This document shows positions 40,075-57,528 of a DNA stretch of 64,000 nt, piece by piece. The DNA lies in NCBI RefSeq assembly GCF_009914755.1, contig NC_060933.1; one strand, written 5' to 3'. The notes under the pieces were generated by a model. The model was given only the letters and a program-made list of their open reading frames with translations. It was not told the DNA's origin and made no database searches. The stretch's first letter is position 1; each line of letters opens with the position of its first letter. The DNA is from the human T2T-CHM13v2.0 reference genome, Homo sapiens. Both the position numbers and the translations under genes were made by a program.

Positions 40075-40950
40075 TTATCCAAAAAATACTATATGAGTAC
40101 TTATTATACGTCAGGCACTGTTCTAGGTGCAGAGCTGCTGCTCCAAGGAGCTTACATTCTGAGAGGTGATAGACAATAAATAGATAAATATGTAACAAAA
40201 TGATTTCTAGGTATGATAAGGATGCCATGAAGGAACTAAACCAAATGGCTAACACAGAGAATTGTGTGAGTAGTTCTTTGTGTAAAAGAACTTCAAAAGA
40301 GTTTATAAGAGCTGCCTCTTTGAGAAGGTAAAGTTTAGAACTGAGATCCGAAGGCTGAGAAGGTGGTGGGTAGTCTTATGAAAGACAGGGGTGAGGTCCA
40401 GGAAGTGCAGAAGCCTTAAGGCATAAGGAACAAAAGGTTATATGGTTGGAATGTAGTGACCAACAGAGTATGCTAGGGCTAGATGGTGCAGAGCATTGCA
40501 AAAAACCACATAAGGATTATGGATTTTATTCTGTGCACAGATAGAAACCAATAGAGTTTTAAGTAAGAGTGGTATGATTTTATTTCTATTTTAGATCAGT
40601 ATTGCTGCTGAATGAAAAAAATTATTGTAGTGGGGTAAGAGTATAAGCAGGATGACTAGAAGGCCATTGCAGTAGTTCAAGCAGGAGATAAGGGTTGACT
40701 CAAGAGTAGAGTGGTGTGGAGATAGGAGAGGGGATATTTAAAATATGTTGCTGATGGATTAGATGTGGGAAGTGAGGGAAGAAGGAATTAAGGATTACTC
40801 ATAGGTTTTTTTTTTAATCATGAGCAATTTAATAAAAGTTGATGCCATTTACTGAAGTAGGGAAGATGGAGGAAGAGCATTTTGGAGGAGGGTTGTAAGG
40901 TAAGGAAAGGAGAGAATAAAAAGTTCTATTTTTGTACATGTTTAGGATGA
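40075..40950 (-). mobile_element. L2 fragments
   Basis: CAGGCACTGTTCTAGGTG, GGAGCTTACATTCT, TTGCTGATGGATTAGATGTGGG. Confidence 0.65.
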
Positions 40951-42060
40951 ATATTAGTAATAATTGCACTAGGGCCATTGCTTATTAAGCCAAATTCCAT
41001 ACTTGTGAGTAATCCATTTAGCAAATATTTATTAAACTATTAATACTGACAGACACTGTGATAGGCAGAGGTATAAAGTGGTAAGCAAAAATAGGGGCTT
41101 AAGTTTAGTGGGAAATTCAGACAGGAAATTCACCCCAAAATGTATAATACCTACATGGCTAATATTATGTGGTTATATTAGTACATACCTATTTATATCC
41201 TAAATCTGAAGAATATATTTGAGGAAAAAGCATATGGTTTCATCAGGTATATAGCACATAGTATGATGGATGCTGTAAAGCACATAGGTAACTTGAACAA
41301 GACTATAAGTGGAGTATTAAGAGATGTGTTCTGACCATGAGATAATTGGGAGCTATACTTTTAGATCCTTTGTTTAGAGATGGGAGCCCTGCTGCAGTGG
41401 GGAAGGGAATTATCTAAAAATACTGACTGTTGAAGAGGACTTCAGAAGAGTCATTTGCTTTAGTTGTTTCATAATGATCAATGTCTAGGTTACAGCTCTT
41501 TTGACTCTAAGGAACAAAACCCAAAATAAGTCAGGATTAGGGGGCTGGTTATATAGCATTTAACAGGAAATCACATGGAAAGCCAAGGGTAGGAAATTCA
41601 GCACATCTCTACCTCAGGGACTGCTACAGGAACTAGAAAGTTGACAGGAACCAAGACTGACAGGAAATTAGACTTCCCGTGTGTTCTTTTAGAGACAGTC
41701 TTTATCTCACATGGCTTCTCTCTGTGCATCTCTTCCAGTTTCCTCTCTCCCTCAATCAGCTTCCTTTTTTTTTTTTTTTTTGCACATAGTTTCCACACCC
41801 TCATAAAATGTCAGCTTCCCAGCCTCAGCTCTTCTTGACCTTATAGCTGCAGAGCCCACCACCAACTGGCTGCCTGCCTCTTACCTGAGTATGATTTAGT
41901 CCAATTTATCTTTTGATTTAAAAATCATATGATGTTTTCTAAATTATAGGTGAGTTACCATATGAAATATGGTACTGAAATAGTATTAATATAGTGAGAG
42001 AAATTTTTTTGTACTTTTTTCCTGTTAAAAAGACATTGTATAACTATAGGATATTACTAC

Positions 42061-44498
<2,438 letters not shown>

Positions 44499-47263
44499 TA
44501 TTCTTTATTAGTCAGTGAATCTAATTTTTGAGCTGAGCACTGTGCTAATTGTACCAAGAAGCTTACAATCAATCTGGGGATACCAAGAGAACCCACATGA
44601 AATGATTAGAGAAGAGTTAAGTGTTAAAGTTTCCTACTCTCACTAGAATAGTAGGGTCTTAAATAACAAAAACATCAACATGGCCTAGAGTTGTTGGAGA
44701 AGAAAGGCTTACTAAGAATTAAGATGATAGTTAAGCCTTGCAATATGTTTGGAGTCAGCAGGAAGTGGGCATCAAGCATTTCAGGCAGAGGACTGCATTC
44801 TAGGTAAGTGTAGATTTTCTTTGCTAAAAGTAATAGAAGTTTAGGGAAGGGAAGGCTAGAGAAAGACTTTGAAATTTTAGAATTGGAATAGCAGGAAGCC
44901 ATTGTAGGACCTTGATTAGAAGAGGGATGTCATGAAAGGTCTGTTAAAAAAAGTAATCTGGCAGTCATATTGGTACTACAATTGACTTAATATAATTGGC
45001 TGCTGCAGCAGTGCAATATGAGGCAAGCAGTGGAGAAGGATGTATGTAACTTGCAAATGATTCGGGAAAAAAACAAAATATGTATCTATCCATACATACA
45101 TACAGATAGATATGGCAGTATGACAAGATGTTAGCAGTGTTGAATTGAGGTGGTGAGTATGTGGGTAATCCTCTCACTATTTGGCGCTTCCTTGGCTGAC
45201 TGTATACTTTATGCAGATATACCCACGTGTATATTTTTAAAGGGTTAAATGTGACAATTTCATGAATGTATTTATAAGTTAAAGTTGCAGTTCTCATTTA
45301 AATGTTTTTTAAGTGATTGTCATTTTCCAAGTTGTTTTGAAAATTAAAATTTGATTAAAAATAAGATTTTACATTAAAAAACAGATTTTTAAATTAATTT
45401 TTTAAATTTGAATGATCTTTTTCCAGTATCAACTCAGATTTAGTTTTTTTCTCCTGAAGTGTGTAATACACACTCAATGCACGTGCACACACACACATCT
45501 ATGTATGTATATGTGTGTGTATATATATATTTATACACATACACACTGTTTTAGTTGTTCTTTAGGGAGACATTAATTAGAGGGAATCTTTTTTTTTTTT
45601 TTTTAGGAAACAAGAATTGCTTTTCATTAACCAACTGAATTATAGCTTTTGTGAGACATCTGTGGCAAAAATCCCTTTTAACTTCAAAAATCCTATAATT
45701 CTATGGATATTTCTTAGTTTTGGATTAGGGTGTGTATTTGTTTTTTTAAAGCTAGTTGGCTTTAGAAGCTGCGTTTTTCTGCATGTGGCTGGAGCATGTG
45801 CTTCCTGCTTACTTGCCTGTCTTTAGTATACACATGGCCAAAACCAGCAGCTGAAACTCGATGTTTCTAATTATTGGATAATTCTGCTTGCATATTTTCA
45901 GGCTACACTAATACCTTCTTAAGCCCAAAAAATGTGGCCTTTAGTAATCAATTTTTAATTTTTATTTTATAATCACAGACTATTGGAATAAGAATGCAAG
46001 ATACGACACTCATACTGATGTCTTTAATGAAGATAACACCTGTGTTTTTTATTTTCATCATAGCAGTGTCAAATTTTATTTTGAATCATTCCATCTTTAT
46101 CTGTTCAATTCCATTTTATGAAAATAAGCAGAGTTTTAAACTATTATTCTTGAAGAATATGTTAGGATCAAATTATAAACCCAGAATATGTCTAGAATTC
46201 ATTATCTTCTCTTATAGAAAGCATTAGGCCTGGGAGAGTTTTGTTTTGTTTTGTTGTATTGTAATAGTTGAATGACCCAATTAATCCCTTTTAGTTGCTC
46301 TGAAAAAGATAAAGACCCTTAAATGCCACATTAATTGCATTTGAATTCTTCTCCCATTGATAACGAAGTCATATGAATGGATGTCTATTTGTAGACATTT
46401 ATTTCTTGAAAAATATGCAACGTTAAAGATTCTAATAAGCTTTAGCTATTTCAAAGGAAGAAAAATGTGTGCAGATACAATAATGGCTAAGGGTAAGAAG
46501 AGAGTGTAGAAAATGTGACGGAGCAGAGGTCCCCTGTCCTGTTCGTGGAGAGTGGCAATGCCCTCAAGAGAAGACATATGCTGTTACAGAAGAACATTTG
46601 GTTGGGAGGAGGAAAGAAGTTATTACCAGAAGACTTTAGGCTTCCCTCTTTCATCCCATTTTGTCAGAAGTATCAAAAAGTCTTTTGGAAAGACTAGAAG
46701 GAATATATGCCAAAATGTCAACAGATGTTGTGGCAGGACAGTGGAAATATAATTTTTCTTTTTCTTCTTGTTTTCCAAATTTTTGAGGTTTTTTAAATGA
46801 AAAAAAGAATTATTTTAAAAATTTAACTTTGAGGGATACTCCCCTATAGATTTGACCTTCACCATTTAATTGGAAAAAAAGGCTTTTATAGTTATATTTT
46901 TAGTAAGACCTCTGTTAGTGGAGTTTTAATTATAACACATTTTGTGTTTCTGTTTGAAATAGACCTTTGCTCCAAGAAATTGTTTTTCAAAAATCCCTAG
47001 GTCCAAATCAGACTCCTGTCTGCCTGATTGTTTACTTTTTGCTGAGCCTTTTTCTGTTTATTGGGACCATATGTTATCTTGAATTACCTTTGCTTACGAC
47101 CAGCAGGATTTTCTGCCCTCACATGAACTTTGTGTTAGAGGCTAGTAGTAGAAAGTGCCAACTTCTAGAGCTCTTCAAAAGAGCACATCAGTGTCACTCA
47201 GGAGAGCCTTTTTTCCTGACTATCCTCCCAGTCTAATGAGGGTAGGGACATAGCAGAGTCTTA

Positions 47264-47606
<343 letters not shown>

Positions 47607-48115
47607 CCCTTATGAGTGCTTCGGTCCTCCCTTGTGTTAGCCCTTCATAGAAAGTAACTACAGCCTTACTACAATCAAGGCACCTTTTTTTTCTTCTGAA
47701 ATGTAGTGAAATTTTTATGTGTCCTTCAGAATTTTGTAAACCAAATGTTTAGAACTTCAAGACATGTTTTGACATAGAAATAGTATTAGAAAGCCAGTCT
47801 CAAAAAAAAAAAAAAAAAAGGCTAGCTAACCCCACAAGTCTTTTATGAAACTGATCTATAGTAATATGGCAGTAACATCCTAGACCCTGTCGTTGTTTTA
47901 TGGAAAAGTGATTTCCAGTTTAAAACTTAGAAACTTGGTTGGTAAGATCTGAAGAGGACTTCTTTTATTCATTTGTTTACTCATTCATTTCTCCTCAATA
48001 CCAATCCTACTTTTCAATAAAAAAAGTTCTACTTTTATCTAATATGTATACTGAAGTTGTACAGATTTCATTTGAAGAGAGGATTATGTTGCATACACAC
48101 GCACAGACACACAGG

Positions 48116-48119
<4 letters not shown>

Positions 48120-48157
<38 letters not shown>
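48120..48157. repeat. (TA)n microsatellite
   Basis: Direct dinucleotide run. Confidence 0.95.
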
Positions 48158-48160
<3 letters not shown>

Positions 48161-48789
48161 AAAACAGGTGTTTTAAACCATTGTACCAGATCTACCTGCC
48201 TGAAATGTAGTATTTTTCCCTCCTGTGTCTTTTGACTTGCCAATTCTAGACAGCTGCTGACAATGCCAACTCTATCCTCTTTTCAGTCTTCTGCGCTCTA
48301 CAACAGTTACATGCCTCTGATGATTATCGCTATAGCCAATTTATGAATTCCTCTGGAGCCATAATGCTGCTTGGCAACCTTTTTCCTTTTCTCTAATTTG
48401 ACATTTCTTTCTCTAAGTTGATGAAGCAGTGTTGTTTTGAACACAGGTTTGAGAAACATATTTATAGTTGTTTCCTTTCTCTATTTTCCAAAGTGGCTGT
48501 TTCAGGCCTCTATAATTTCAACTCAAGCCCCCAACCCTATCTCAGCCCTATCTATTTTCAGATCTAATCACTATTTCACTGAGAAAATGAGGTGCTGTCA
48601 ATTTCCCTGTTAATTTATCGGTGTCCTTGAATTCTTTACTCTTGTCTAGATTTTGTCCTACTACCAGGTGGTAACCTGGGTGAAGTTAGAGAGCATAACT
48701 TTTGTTCACTATTGTATCCCTATTCCTAAACACAGTGCCTCTTTTAAAACCCACATGCCCTTCCAGGAACCACCTCATTTCTCTATATT

Positions 48790-49737
48790 CTGTTTTACTT
48801 CCAACTGGATATAATGTAATTCAGTTCTGCCACCCAGAATCAGCATCTACCCCGCAAGTTAAAGGGCATGGTCCCCAACAAGATTGCCCTTAATCCAGAC
48901 ACTAGCTTTAGTTCAAGGGTCCCCAGGCCACCCACACTTTTGACCAACTGGCTATAAATCCACGGTTCCCATGACCCCCTCAGGTTCAATAATTTGCTAG
49001 ACCAACTCACAGAACTCTGGGAAGCACTATACTTTAAATAATGGTTTTAATATAAGGGGTACAATTCAGGAGGACCAGTCAAATAAAGAGCCTCATAGGG
49101 TGAGATCTAGGAGGGAATGCAGAGCTTCTATGTCCTCTTATGGAATCAGGTGCATCATCTTCCCAGTACATCAATGTGTTCAACCAGGAAAGCTCCACTG
49201 AGCTTCTATGTCCAGAGTATTGATTGGGGTTTCATTACATAGGCATACTTGATTGAATTATTGGTCATATGGTTGAGATCAATCTGCAATCCCCCTTCAA
49301 TCCCTGGAAGTTGGGAGATCAGGTTGATACCATGTGGCTAAAAGCCCCAGCTCTTTAAACACATGGCTGTTCTTTCTGGTGTTGCCAGCCTCCATCCTGA
49401 AACTATCTAGGTCAGGGGTGTCTAATCTTTTGGCTTCCCTGGGCCACACTGGAAGAATTGTCTTATGCCACATGTAAAATACACTAACACTAATGCAAAA
49501 AAAAAAAAATCTCATAATGTTTTAAGAAAGTTTACCAACTTGTGTTGAACCACATTCAAAGCTGGGCCTGGGCCACATGCAGCCCATGGGCCACCGTTTG
49601 GGCAAGCTTGATAGGTGAGACCATGGGTCACCTTGTTAGCATAACAAAGACACTCCTATTACTCGGGAAATTCCGGTGATTTAGAGTCTCCCTCCCAGGA
49701 ACCAGGGAGAAAGGCCAGTCAAATTATTTATTATACA
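48790..49737. mobile_element. MER21-type LTR with nested MER30 (about 49413-49610)
   Basis: GGGTCCCCAGGCCACCCACACTTTTGACCAACTGGCTATAAATC; MER30 start CAGGGGTGTCTAATCTTTTGGCTTCCCTGGGCCAC. Confidence 0.75.
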
Positions 49738-49739
49738 GT

Positions 49740-52140
49740 GTTCTACAACTGCTCAAAAGTAGACTTCCTCAAAAGAATTGTCTGTATTTTCTTGAATTGT
49801 CTCTTGAACTCACTGCAGTCAGGCTTTTGCCCTTTATTTCACATTGATAACATTTATTTAAGGTCATCATCAATATCTTCCACATTGCCAAGTACTGTGA
49901 TCAGTTTGAAATCCTTATTACTTGATAGCAGTATCTAACATGGTTAACATCTTGAAACATTTTATTTGGCTTTTTGGACACCATTCTTTCTCTTAATTAT
50001 CTTCCCATACATTGACCGTTCTCACCTGTCTCTGAAGGAGGGAATGCATTGCTCAGTTCTCAGATCTTGTCCTTCCCCAGATGCCATCATGGCTTTAAAT
50101 ATCATCTACATAGTGTGTCTCCCAAATTCCCATCTCCAGTTTGGAGTCTTCCCGAACTCATATATTCAACTCCCTACTCAGTATATTATTTTAGATATAT
50201 AATAGGCATCTCAAAATTATATCTAAAACTGAATTTCTGATCATCTCTCTCTCTCTGAGATCTCCTCCCTTAGTCTTTTCCATTTCAGTTAATGGTATTT
50301 CTAGATATTTCTGTTTTCCCACTTTCTTGGACCAAAAACCTTACAGTCATTCTTAATTCTTTTTCTTCCATATTTCACTTCCAATCCATTAGCATATCCT
50401 GTCAGCTTTATATTCATAATATATCCAGATTCGGACTACTTAATACCATCTCCACTGCTGCCACCCTAGTTGAAGACACTACAGTCTCTTATCAAGACTA
50501 CTTCAATAGCCTATTAGTGTTTCCTCCCTTACTCCTGTGTATTATATTTTTAACACAGGAACCAGAGTGGTCTTTTTAAAATGTTATTCTGATTATGACA
50601 TGCTGCTCAAAACCCGTGGGTGGTTTTCCATCCTTCTCAGAGTAAAAGCCAAAGTTCTTACCATGGCCTATAGAGACCTGTATGATCTGGTCCCCCTCTC
50701 TGATCGCATTATGTCCTACTCTACCCTTCAGTCATTCTTTTCTAGCCACACTCTTTGCTCTTCTTTGAACACACCAGAAACTTTGCACTTGCTGTTTCTG
50801 CCTTTTGGAAAATTCATTGTGGCTCGTTCCCTTACTTTATGGTATCTGCTTGAGTGACACCTTTTCAGTGAAGCCTTCCTAGCCTGCCCTATAAAATACC
50901 CACTCACTTCCACACACACATCCTCCTTACTCTTTAACTTGTTTTATTATTGCCATAACATTTACCACCATTTCACATTCGTATTCTCTCTCTCTGTCTC
51001 CATATATATATATGTATGTGTATATATACATATATAGTTTAATATCTGCTCTTTAAGTTTCAAGAGAACAGACTTATGTTTTTTTGAATGAATGATCAGT
51101 GCCTAGTACTTAAGCTGCTCATAAAATTTTTTTAAGTTGATAAATATCTTGGAAGAAGAAGTATTCCCTGTTTCTTTCCAGGGATAGTGCCTTCTCATAA
51201 ACACTTGGTTTTATCCCCTTTGGAGTCCTCTTGAGACTTGTTCTGTCAGAGGAACATTAGCTCTCTACTGCTCTTTTCTGTCTGTAAAGAAGGTCAAGTC
51301 TTTTCCACTCTGAAAAAGGGAGAAAAAATCTTGGAACCTTGCATCTTTGTATAATTACTACTTTGTTTCCTTCCCATCGTTGCTAGACTTCTTATGACTC
51401 TATTTTTGATGTCTGTACTTACTCACCTGTGGTTTACTCCTTAATATCATTCACTTCTACCAGTTCCACAGAAAGAACCTGTGAAGCTCACCAAGTGGCT
51501 AATTAGTAAACCCATTTCCTTTTTTCATTCTTCAGTCTAACTTGACTCTTGTGGTGCATGACACTACTCCTCCTGTGATGCCACTCTCACGGTTAACCTG
51601 CCTTTCTGACTATTCCATCTCAGTCTCTTTCCTTTCTTTCCATATCTCAGATGTTACTCTTCTTTAGAATCTGATGCTATGTTCTCTTCTCACTAGAAAC
51701 TCTCCCTAGACAATATCATTCATTTCCATATACTCCTTTATGCTGATGAGTTCCAAATTTGGATCTTTAGGCTTGGCTTTACCTGCACTCCAGGCCTGAA
51801 TTTCTGAGTTTACTGGAATTTCCATCAGGATATTCTATAGGAACCTCAGATTCACATGCTCAAAACAAAATTCACTATCTTTTTATCAGTTGACTTTTTA
51901 TTATTGGTTTAAAAATAGCTCTAGTCCATATGGTAATTGTAAGGATTAGATAAGAAAATGCATACAACAAACTTAGTCAAATTCTGGGACATAGAAAGCA
52001 CACACTAAATAGTAGCTATTATTATTACATGACAGTCTCCCCTATTAGACTGCAAGCTTCTTGAGGACAGGGACCATGTCCTCAAACCTAACACTGTCCT
52101 TGACTTGTAATAGGTGCTCAGTAAAGGTTTGTTGAGTTAA
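49740..52140 (+). mobile_element. L2 fragments
   Basis: CATGGCTTTAAATATCATCTA, CTCAGAGTAAAAGCCAAAGTTCTTAC, and TAGACTGCAAGCTTCTTGAGGACAGGGACC 3' end. Confidence 0.7.
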
Positions 52141-52258
52141 AATTAATAATAATAATAATCATCATCTACTGAATAAATGGTTTGTGTAACCATCTGAATT
52201 AGCTTAGTCATCTTGTTTAACAGTGGAACAACATTTGATGTTTATTTTTTCTCCCTAG

Positions 52259-52317
52259 GTGCATTGTGTTGTAATCATTCAAAGGATAACCAAATGTGCC
52301 GTGATGTATGTGAACAG
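52259..52317 (+). CDS. RECK: RECK exon 2 (start of CC1)
   Basis: TTTTCTCCCTAG|GT; (G)ALCCNHSKDNQMCRDVCEQ; CAG|GTAAGA; 59 nt, phase 1 to 0. Confidence 0.97.
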
Positions 52318-52342
52318 GTAAGATTACATAATAATTACAGAG

Positions 52343-52480
52343 GCAGCCAGACACAGTGGTTCATGCCTGTAATCCCAGCACTTTGGGAGGCCAGGGTGGG
52401 AGGATTGCTTAAGGCCAGGGGTTCAGGACCAGCCAGGACAACATAGCAAGACCCCTGTCTCTAAAAAATAAAAATAAAAT
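52343..52480 (+). mobile_element. Alu monomer (FLAM-like)
   Basis: Left-monomer sequence with A-rich tail, about 25 nt after the exon 2 donor. Confidence 0.85.
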
Positions 52481-55400
52481 TATAGAGGCTACTAGTTATA
52501 CAACTATTTATTAAGTATAATTGTTTTTGGAGAAGTCTGTTGGATAGTACCTTAACTAATTGTCCAGGGTTCACATCACCAATAATGGGGCAAAGTGACT
52601 GTCTGCTGACATGATACACTGAGAAGGAAAATATTATAATTGCATAATTTGAATTATGAAGAAGTAGTCGGGCAAACCCAGTTTGAGGAATATTCCTCAA
52701 AACATCAGCGCCTGTACTCTTTAAAAATGTCAGTGTTATAAAAACAAAGAAAGGCTAAGAAACTGTTACAGATTAAAGGAAACTAAAGAGATGTGACAAC
52801 AAAATGCAATTTGTGATCCTGGATTGGATCCTGGAATGAAAGAAAATTGCTATAAAGGACATTATCAGGATAAATTGGTAAAATTTGAATATAGACTGGA
52901 TATTAAATAGTAGTATTATACCAATACTGTGATCCTGAATTTGGTGATTATATTGTGGTTGGGTGTGATGGTGTCCTTGTTCTTAGGAGATACATACTAG
53001 GATTTAGGAATGAATGAACATAATGTCTATAACAAATGCTAACATAGTCCTTCAAAATAATAGTATGTAATAATAGTTTGTGTATATATACAGAGAATTA
53101 AAGCAAATGTTGCAAAGTGTTTAGGATGGGTGCATCTTGATGAAGACCATGTAGGTATTCACTGTGCTATTCTTAAAAGTTGTCTGTAGGTTTGAATTTT
53201 TCTGGTTGAACCTGTTTATGAAAGTTCCACTGAAGCACTACCCATTCATAAAGCCCTACCTTTCTTTCAGGCTTGGTCATGTATGTCTAGCCTTAGCACT
53301 CGAGAAACAATAGTCTCAATCATCTTTTAGAGGAGTCTTCAAGTAATAACCTGGATCTTGTTATTTTTAAAACTGAGAGAACTACTTAACTGGGACTATA
53401 ACTTCTCATAAGCAATAATAATGTAGACGTAGAAAGATTTTGCAAGATACGGTCTGATTATAAGACATGACACTGATTCAGCTCATCTAAATGGCTACCG
53501 GAGAATTCAGTGACATGTCAAATCACTATTGCAAATTAAGTTTGCTGCACATTTACTGCCAGAAGAATAGCTTTTTAAAGCAAAAATGGCCCCTTGATGA
53601 TATCATAAGGAAGCTTTTAAAGTAGTTCTGCTACTTTGGGAAACATGACTTACCTGACTTTTCACTTTGTTTCTTGCTTTTTCTACTGATGTTCTATAGG
53701 GTGAATGATTTTTAGGAGGTATCTTGTAATGAGGCACCAGCAGCAGGCAAGGTCTAATTTCTTAAAATCTGGAATGCTAGAAATTATATAACTTAGCAAA
53801 TTAATTGAATACTATAGTCACCCTAATAAAGAACATTCTTCCCCAACCAAGTTCTTAACTAATTGAGAAATAAGGCAGATAGGTCCAAAAATATTACTCC
53901 TATTACTGGTTACACAGATGTCGAATGTGACTTTTATCTCTAGGCACACACTAAGTGACAGAATTAGACTTACTCCCAGAGGAGGAGAGGTAAGGGCTGT
54001 GTTACATATGTTTACTTTCCCCTACTAAACTCAATGGTCGGCTAAGTCGCCATCCTGATCATGGGAGAAGTGTATCAGGGGTGTGGAGAGAGACCAGGGC
54101 TGTTAAAACTCGTAGAGCTCACTTCAAAGAGAAGGAAATGCTGTGAGTGAGGAATCATTATTTCTTCAACCAGTAGGGAATGCAGACAGGATGGAGTCTT
54201 GATGACATTTAGATTTTGAACTGAGTAAACAGCATTCTTGATGACTCTAGGAGGTTAGGGAAAAGATATGGTTTGAGGAGAAGGTGAGCTGTTGAATTAT
54301 CAGTGAAAACCACTATGTGAAGATAGGGATTTGGAATTAAAACTTTTGGAATTAGAATTTAGATAAGAAGTCAGGGCTGGTAGCTTATCATATTCAGCAA
54401 AATATGTGTGATGGTTTACAGTGAAACTGTCAGCAGTGTCAGATGCCAAAGAAAAGTCAAGGAGTTTGAGATCTGAGAAAAGGCCCTTAGTTTAAAAAAA
54501 AAAAAAAAAAAAAGCCAATTAGTGGAGATTTTAAAAACATCTCCCTGCAGCAGGGATTTTTGTTTGCTTTGTTTATGATGAATTCCGTGGTGCCTAGAAC
54601 AGTTAAAACAGTATCTAACACTCAAAACTCTCAATAAATATTTGTAGATCAACTGGAGCAAGGGAGCTAAAAGTCACACTGCAGGCATTAAAAATTTTTT
54701 AATAAAAATATTTACAGTTATGTAATTTTTTGGACTTACAAAAATGTATTCAGTTTTTGTATATGTCTTACCTGTATATATTATGAATTCCTTGAATATA
54801 GGGATTGTGTCTCATTTGCCTATGTTGTATTCATGTCCCTGCTCATGCAAACTAATTAGTTAATATTTTTGAGTTGATTGGTGAAGAAATGGGTACAATG
54901 AAAGGAAAAAGCTGGAAAAGTTAGTAAGTGCAGGAAGTAAAGATTAGTTTCAAGATGGAAGGTTTTTACTTGTTTAAAGACAAAGGAAAAATGAGTTATA
55001 ACAGAGGAAGGAGATAAGTATGGGTAAAAAACTTCTCAGAATTCAAGACTGTAAACCCTATGGTCTGATAATTTCTGCCTTGAGTGGCATACAAGTTTGG
55101 TTATTAAATTTTTTGCTCTGAGATGATTTGTATAATTATAGTATATATTCTAGTATGTATTCTGAATAAGCATTCATCTTTCTTTTTAAGTGTGATTACT
55201 AGTTGTTTAGCAAGAAAAGTGACTTTATATTCAAGTCTACCTTATTATCTGAAAGTTTACATAGTACCTGCTGGTTTATTTAAGCTAAATGTATTTCTAA
55301 TAAGTATGTGTTTATCAGTTTAATTCATTCTACTTTATGGGATCATAATTTTAGAGACAGAAGGGACCCAATAGATTATCTAACTTTTTAATTTTGCTTA

Positions 55401-56974
55401 TTAGCTATTCAGGAAACCAGAAACTGGGACCTAAATTTTATTTTACACTTTTCCCTAAGTGCCATGCCCTTTACTATACCCCTTTACATGCATTATTTCA
55501 TTTAATTCTTACACCCAGCCCTTGAAAAAGGTATTGTCATTATTTGTATATTATAGGTAAAGAAATTGAAATATAGAAGACTTAAATAACTTACCAAGGT
55601 CCCAAGCCAATTAGTTGAGGAACAGGGACTCAAACTCAAATGTGTCTGATTACGAAGTCCATACCCTTAGCCACCAGGATATAACTACCTCCTATGAGGC
55701 CAAGTAGTTTGCCCAGTGGTATTCAGAGTGTATTTCCAACTCTCAGTTCTATATTCTTTCCATTGTTCTAACCTGTTTCAAGTACTTGTAGGTTTTTTGC
55801 CTTTTTTGTTTGTTTTTGTTGTTGTTGAGGGGAGATGGAATTGCAGGAAGAAGAAATGAGTGAGAGAGCATAGCCTTCCCTGTGCTTTTTCCTAGTCTGC
55901 TACCAATGTCATATCTTTCGTTTTTTCTTCCTCTTTCTCTTTTCCATTCTTTCTTATCTTTCATTATTGTCTTTTTCAATCGATTTTTCTTTTCTTTCAC
56001 TCTTCCTTTTGTCTTTTTATAATAGAAAATTTTAAGTATATACAAAGGTAGAGAGAAAAGTGTAATAAACCCCCATATTCAGCTTCAATATTATTAAGTC
56101 ATGACCAGTTGTGTTTCATTTAAATCTCCTTTTACTTTCCCCACTATACTGAGGCAAATTTATGTAGCAGCAAAATCTCAATTGTCATATTATTTGATCC
56201 ATAGCTTCAGTTTGGAGCTACAAATGATATGTCATTTAAAAAAAAAATAACCACAATACTGTTATTACTTCTTTGAAAATGTAATATTCAAAAATCTAGT
56301 TATTCAGATTTCTTAATTATTTAAAAGGTTTTTTTAGTTTGGATCAGAATTCAAGTGATATATATGTATTGCAGTTGGTTATATGTTTTTTAAATATCTT
56401 TTGATCTGTAGGTTTCTCCTTGCAATTTATTTGATGAATTAATTTGATCATTTGTCCTATAGAGTTTCCCATAGTCCAAACTTTGCTATTCACATCCCCC
56501 TGGTGTCGTTTAACATTTTCCTTTTTCCTCTGTGTTTCTTAGTAATTGGCAGTTAGATTTAGAGCAGAGCTATCCAATGACACTTTCTACAATGATGAAA
56601 ATATTCTAGACCTATATGGTAGCCACTAGCCACATGTGCCAGGTGAACACTTGAAATGTGCTTAAAGAGACTGAGGAACTTTAATTTTTAATTTTATTTA
56701 ATTTTACTTGATTTAAGTTTAAATACCCACACATGGCTAACAGCTACCTTAGCCAGATCCAGAGACTTAGTTTTGTTTAAGTCTTCCCCCAAAAATGTCT
56801 CTTTTTGTGATGTTAACAGTCATTGTGATAATTGTCTAAATGCATTAATTCACTAGGCGTTGCAAAATAGTGATATTCTATCTCTTTTCACTTCTTAATT
56901 GTAGTTGGTAGTTTTGGAGGAAAATGGCTAATAAATAAGCTAACTGGAGATAAATCCTTTTTCACTGTCCATAG

Positions 56975-57008
56975 CATTCATGGATTTTACCGTCTCAGCT
57001 ATTTGCAG
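56975..57008 (+). other. RECK: Candidate 34-nt alternative cassette exon of RECK (frameshifting)
   Basis: Branch point CTAAC at 56940-56944, CCTTTTTCACTGTCCATAG| acceptor, CAG|GTAATC donor. Confidence 0.6.
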
Positions 57009-57528
57009 GTAATCATGAAGGTCTGTCTGATATGTGTAATGATTTATTATTTACTGAAACACCAAATTGTAATTGCATAACGTCCTATTTGGAAGTGAGC
57101 CATTTGGCTTGGTGAGTGAACCTTTGTCAGCTCATCAGCATCAATTAAAAAAAAAAAAAAAAGCTTTGTTTCTATCTTACAGCATTTTATGGAGAATTTA
57201 TGTGCCATAATGCTGTTTATGAATTTGATCTTCACCAGTATCACGGGTTTGATGACAGTCTATTTTTCATTGTTACCAGTTGACTAAAAGTAATTAAGAA
57301 CAGTTTAGAATAAACTTATCTTTTTTTTCTTCCTTCTCTCGCTCTCTAACCCCCAGCCTCTAAACAGGTTGGTAGCCTGGGTTTCTCCACTTTTTTTGGT
57401 CAATAGAAAAGGGTCTAGACTTGCTGTATTTGGACTTTTCTTGCTTATTTGCGAAACTAATCAATGCTTTTTAAGAAATGTTACCTCAGCTTAACTTAGA
57501 TCATTCTGAAGGTTTTCCACTTATAAAA

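Noticed and set aside
51909-51918. MEF2-like TTAAAAATAG upstream of exon 2
   Set aside because: A single AT-rich motif among old repeats; a chance match is likely.
53654-53760. Strong pyrimidine tract and AG near 53698 in RECK intron 2
   Set aside because: Only weak donors follow (GTATCT, GTCTAA), so no exon can be supported.
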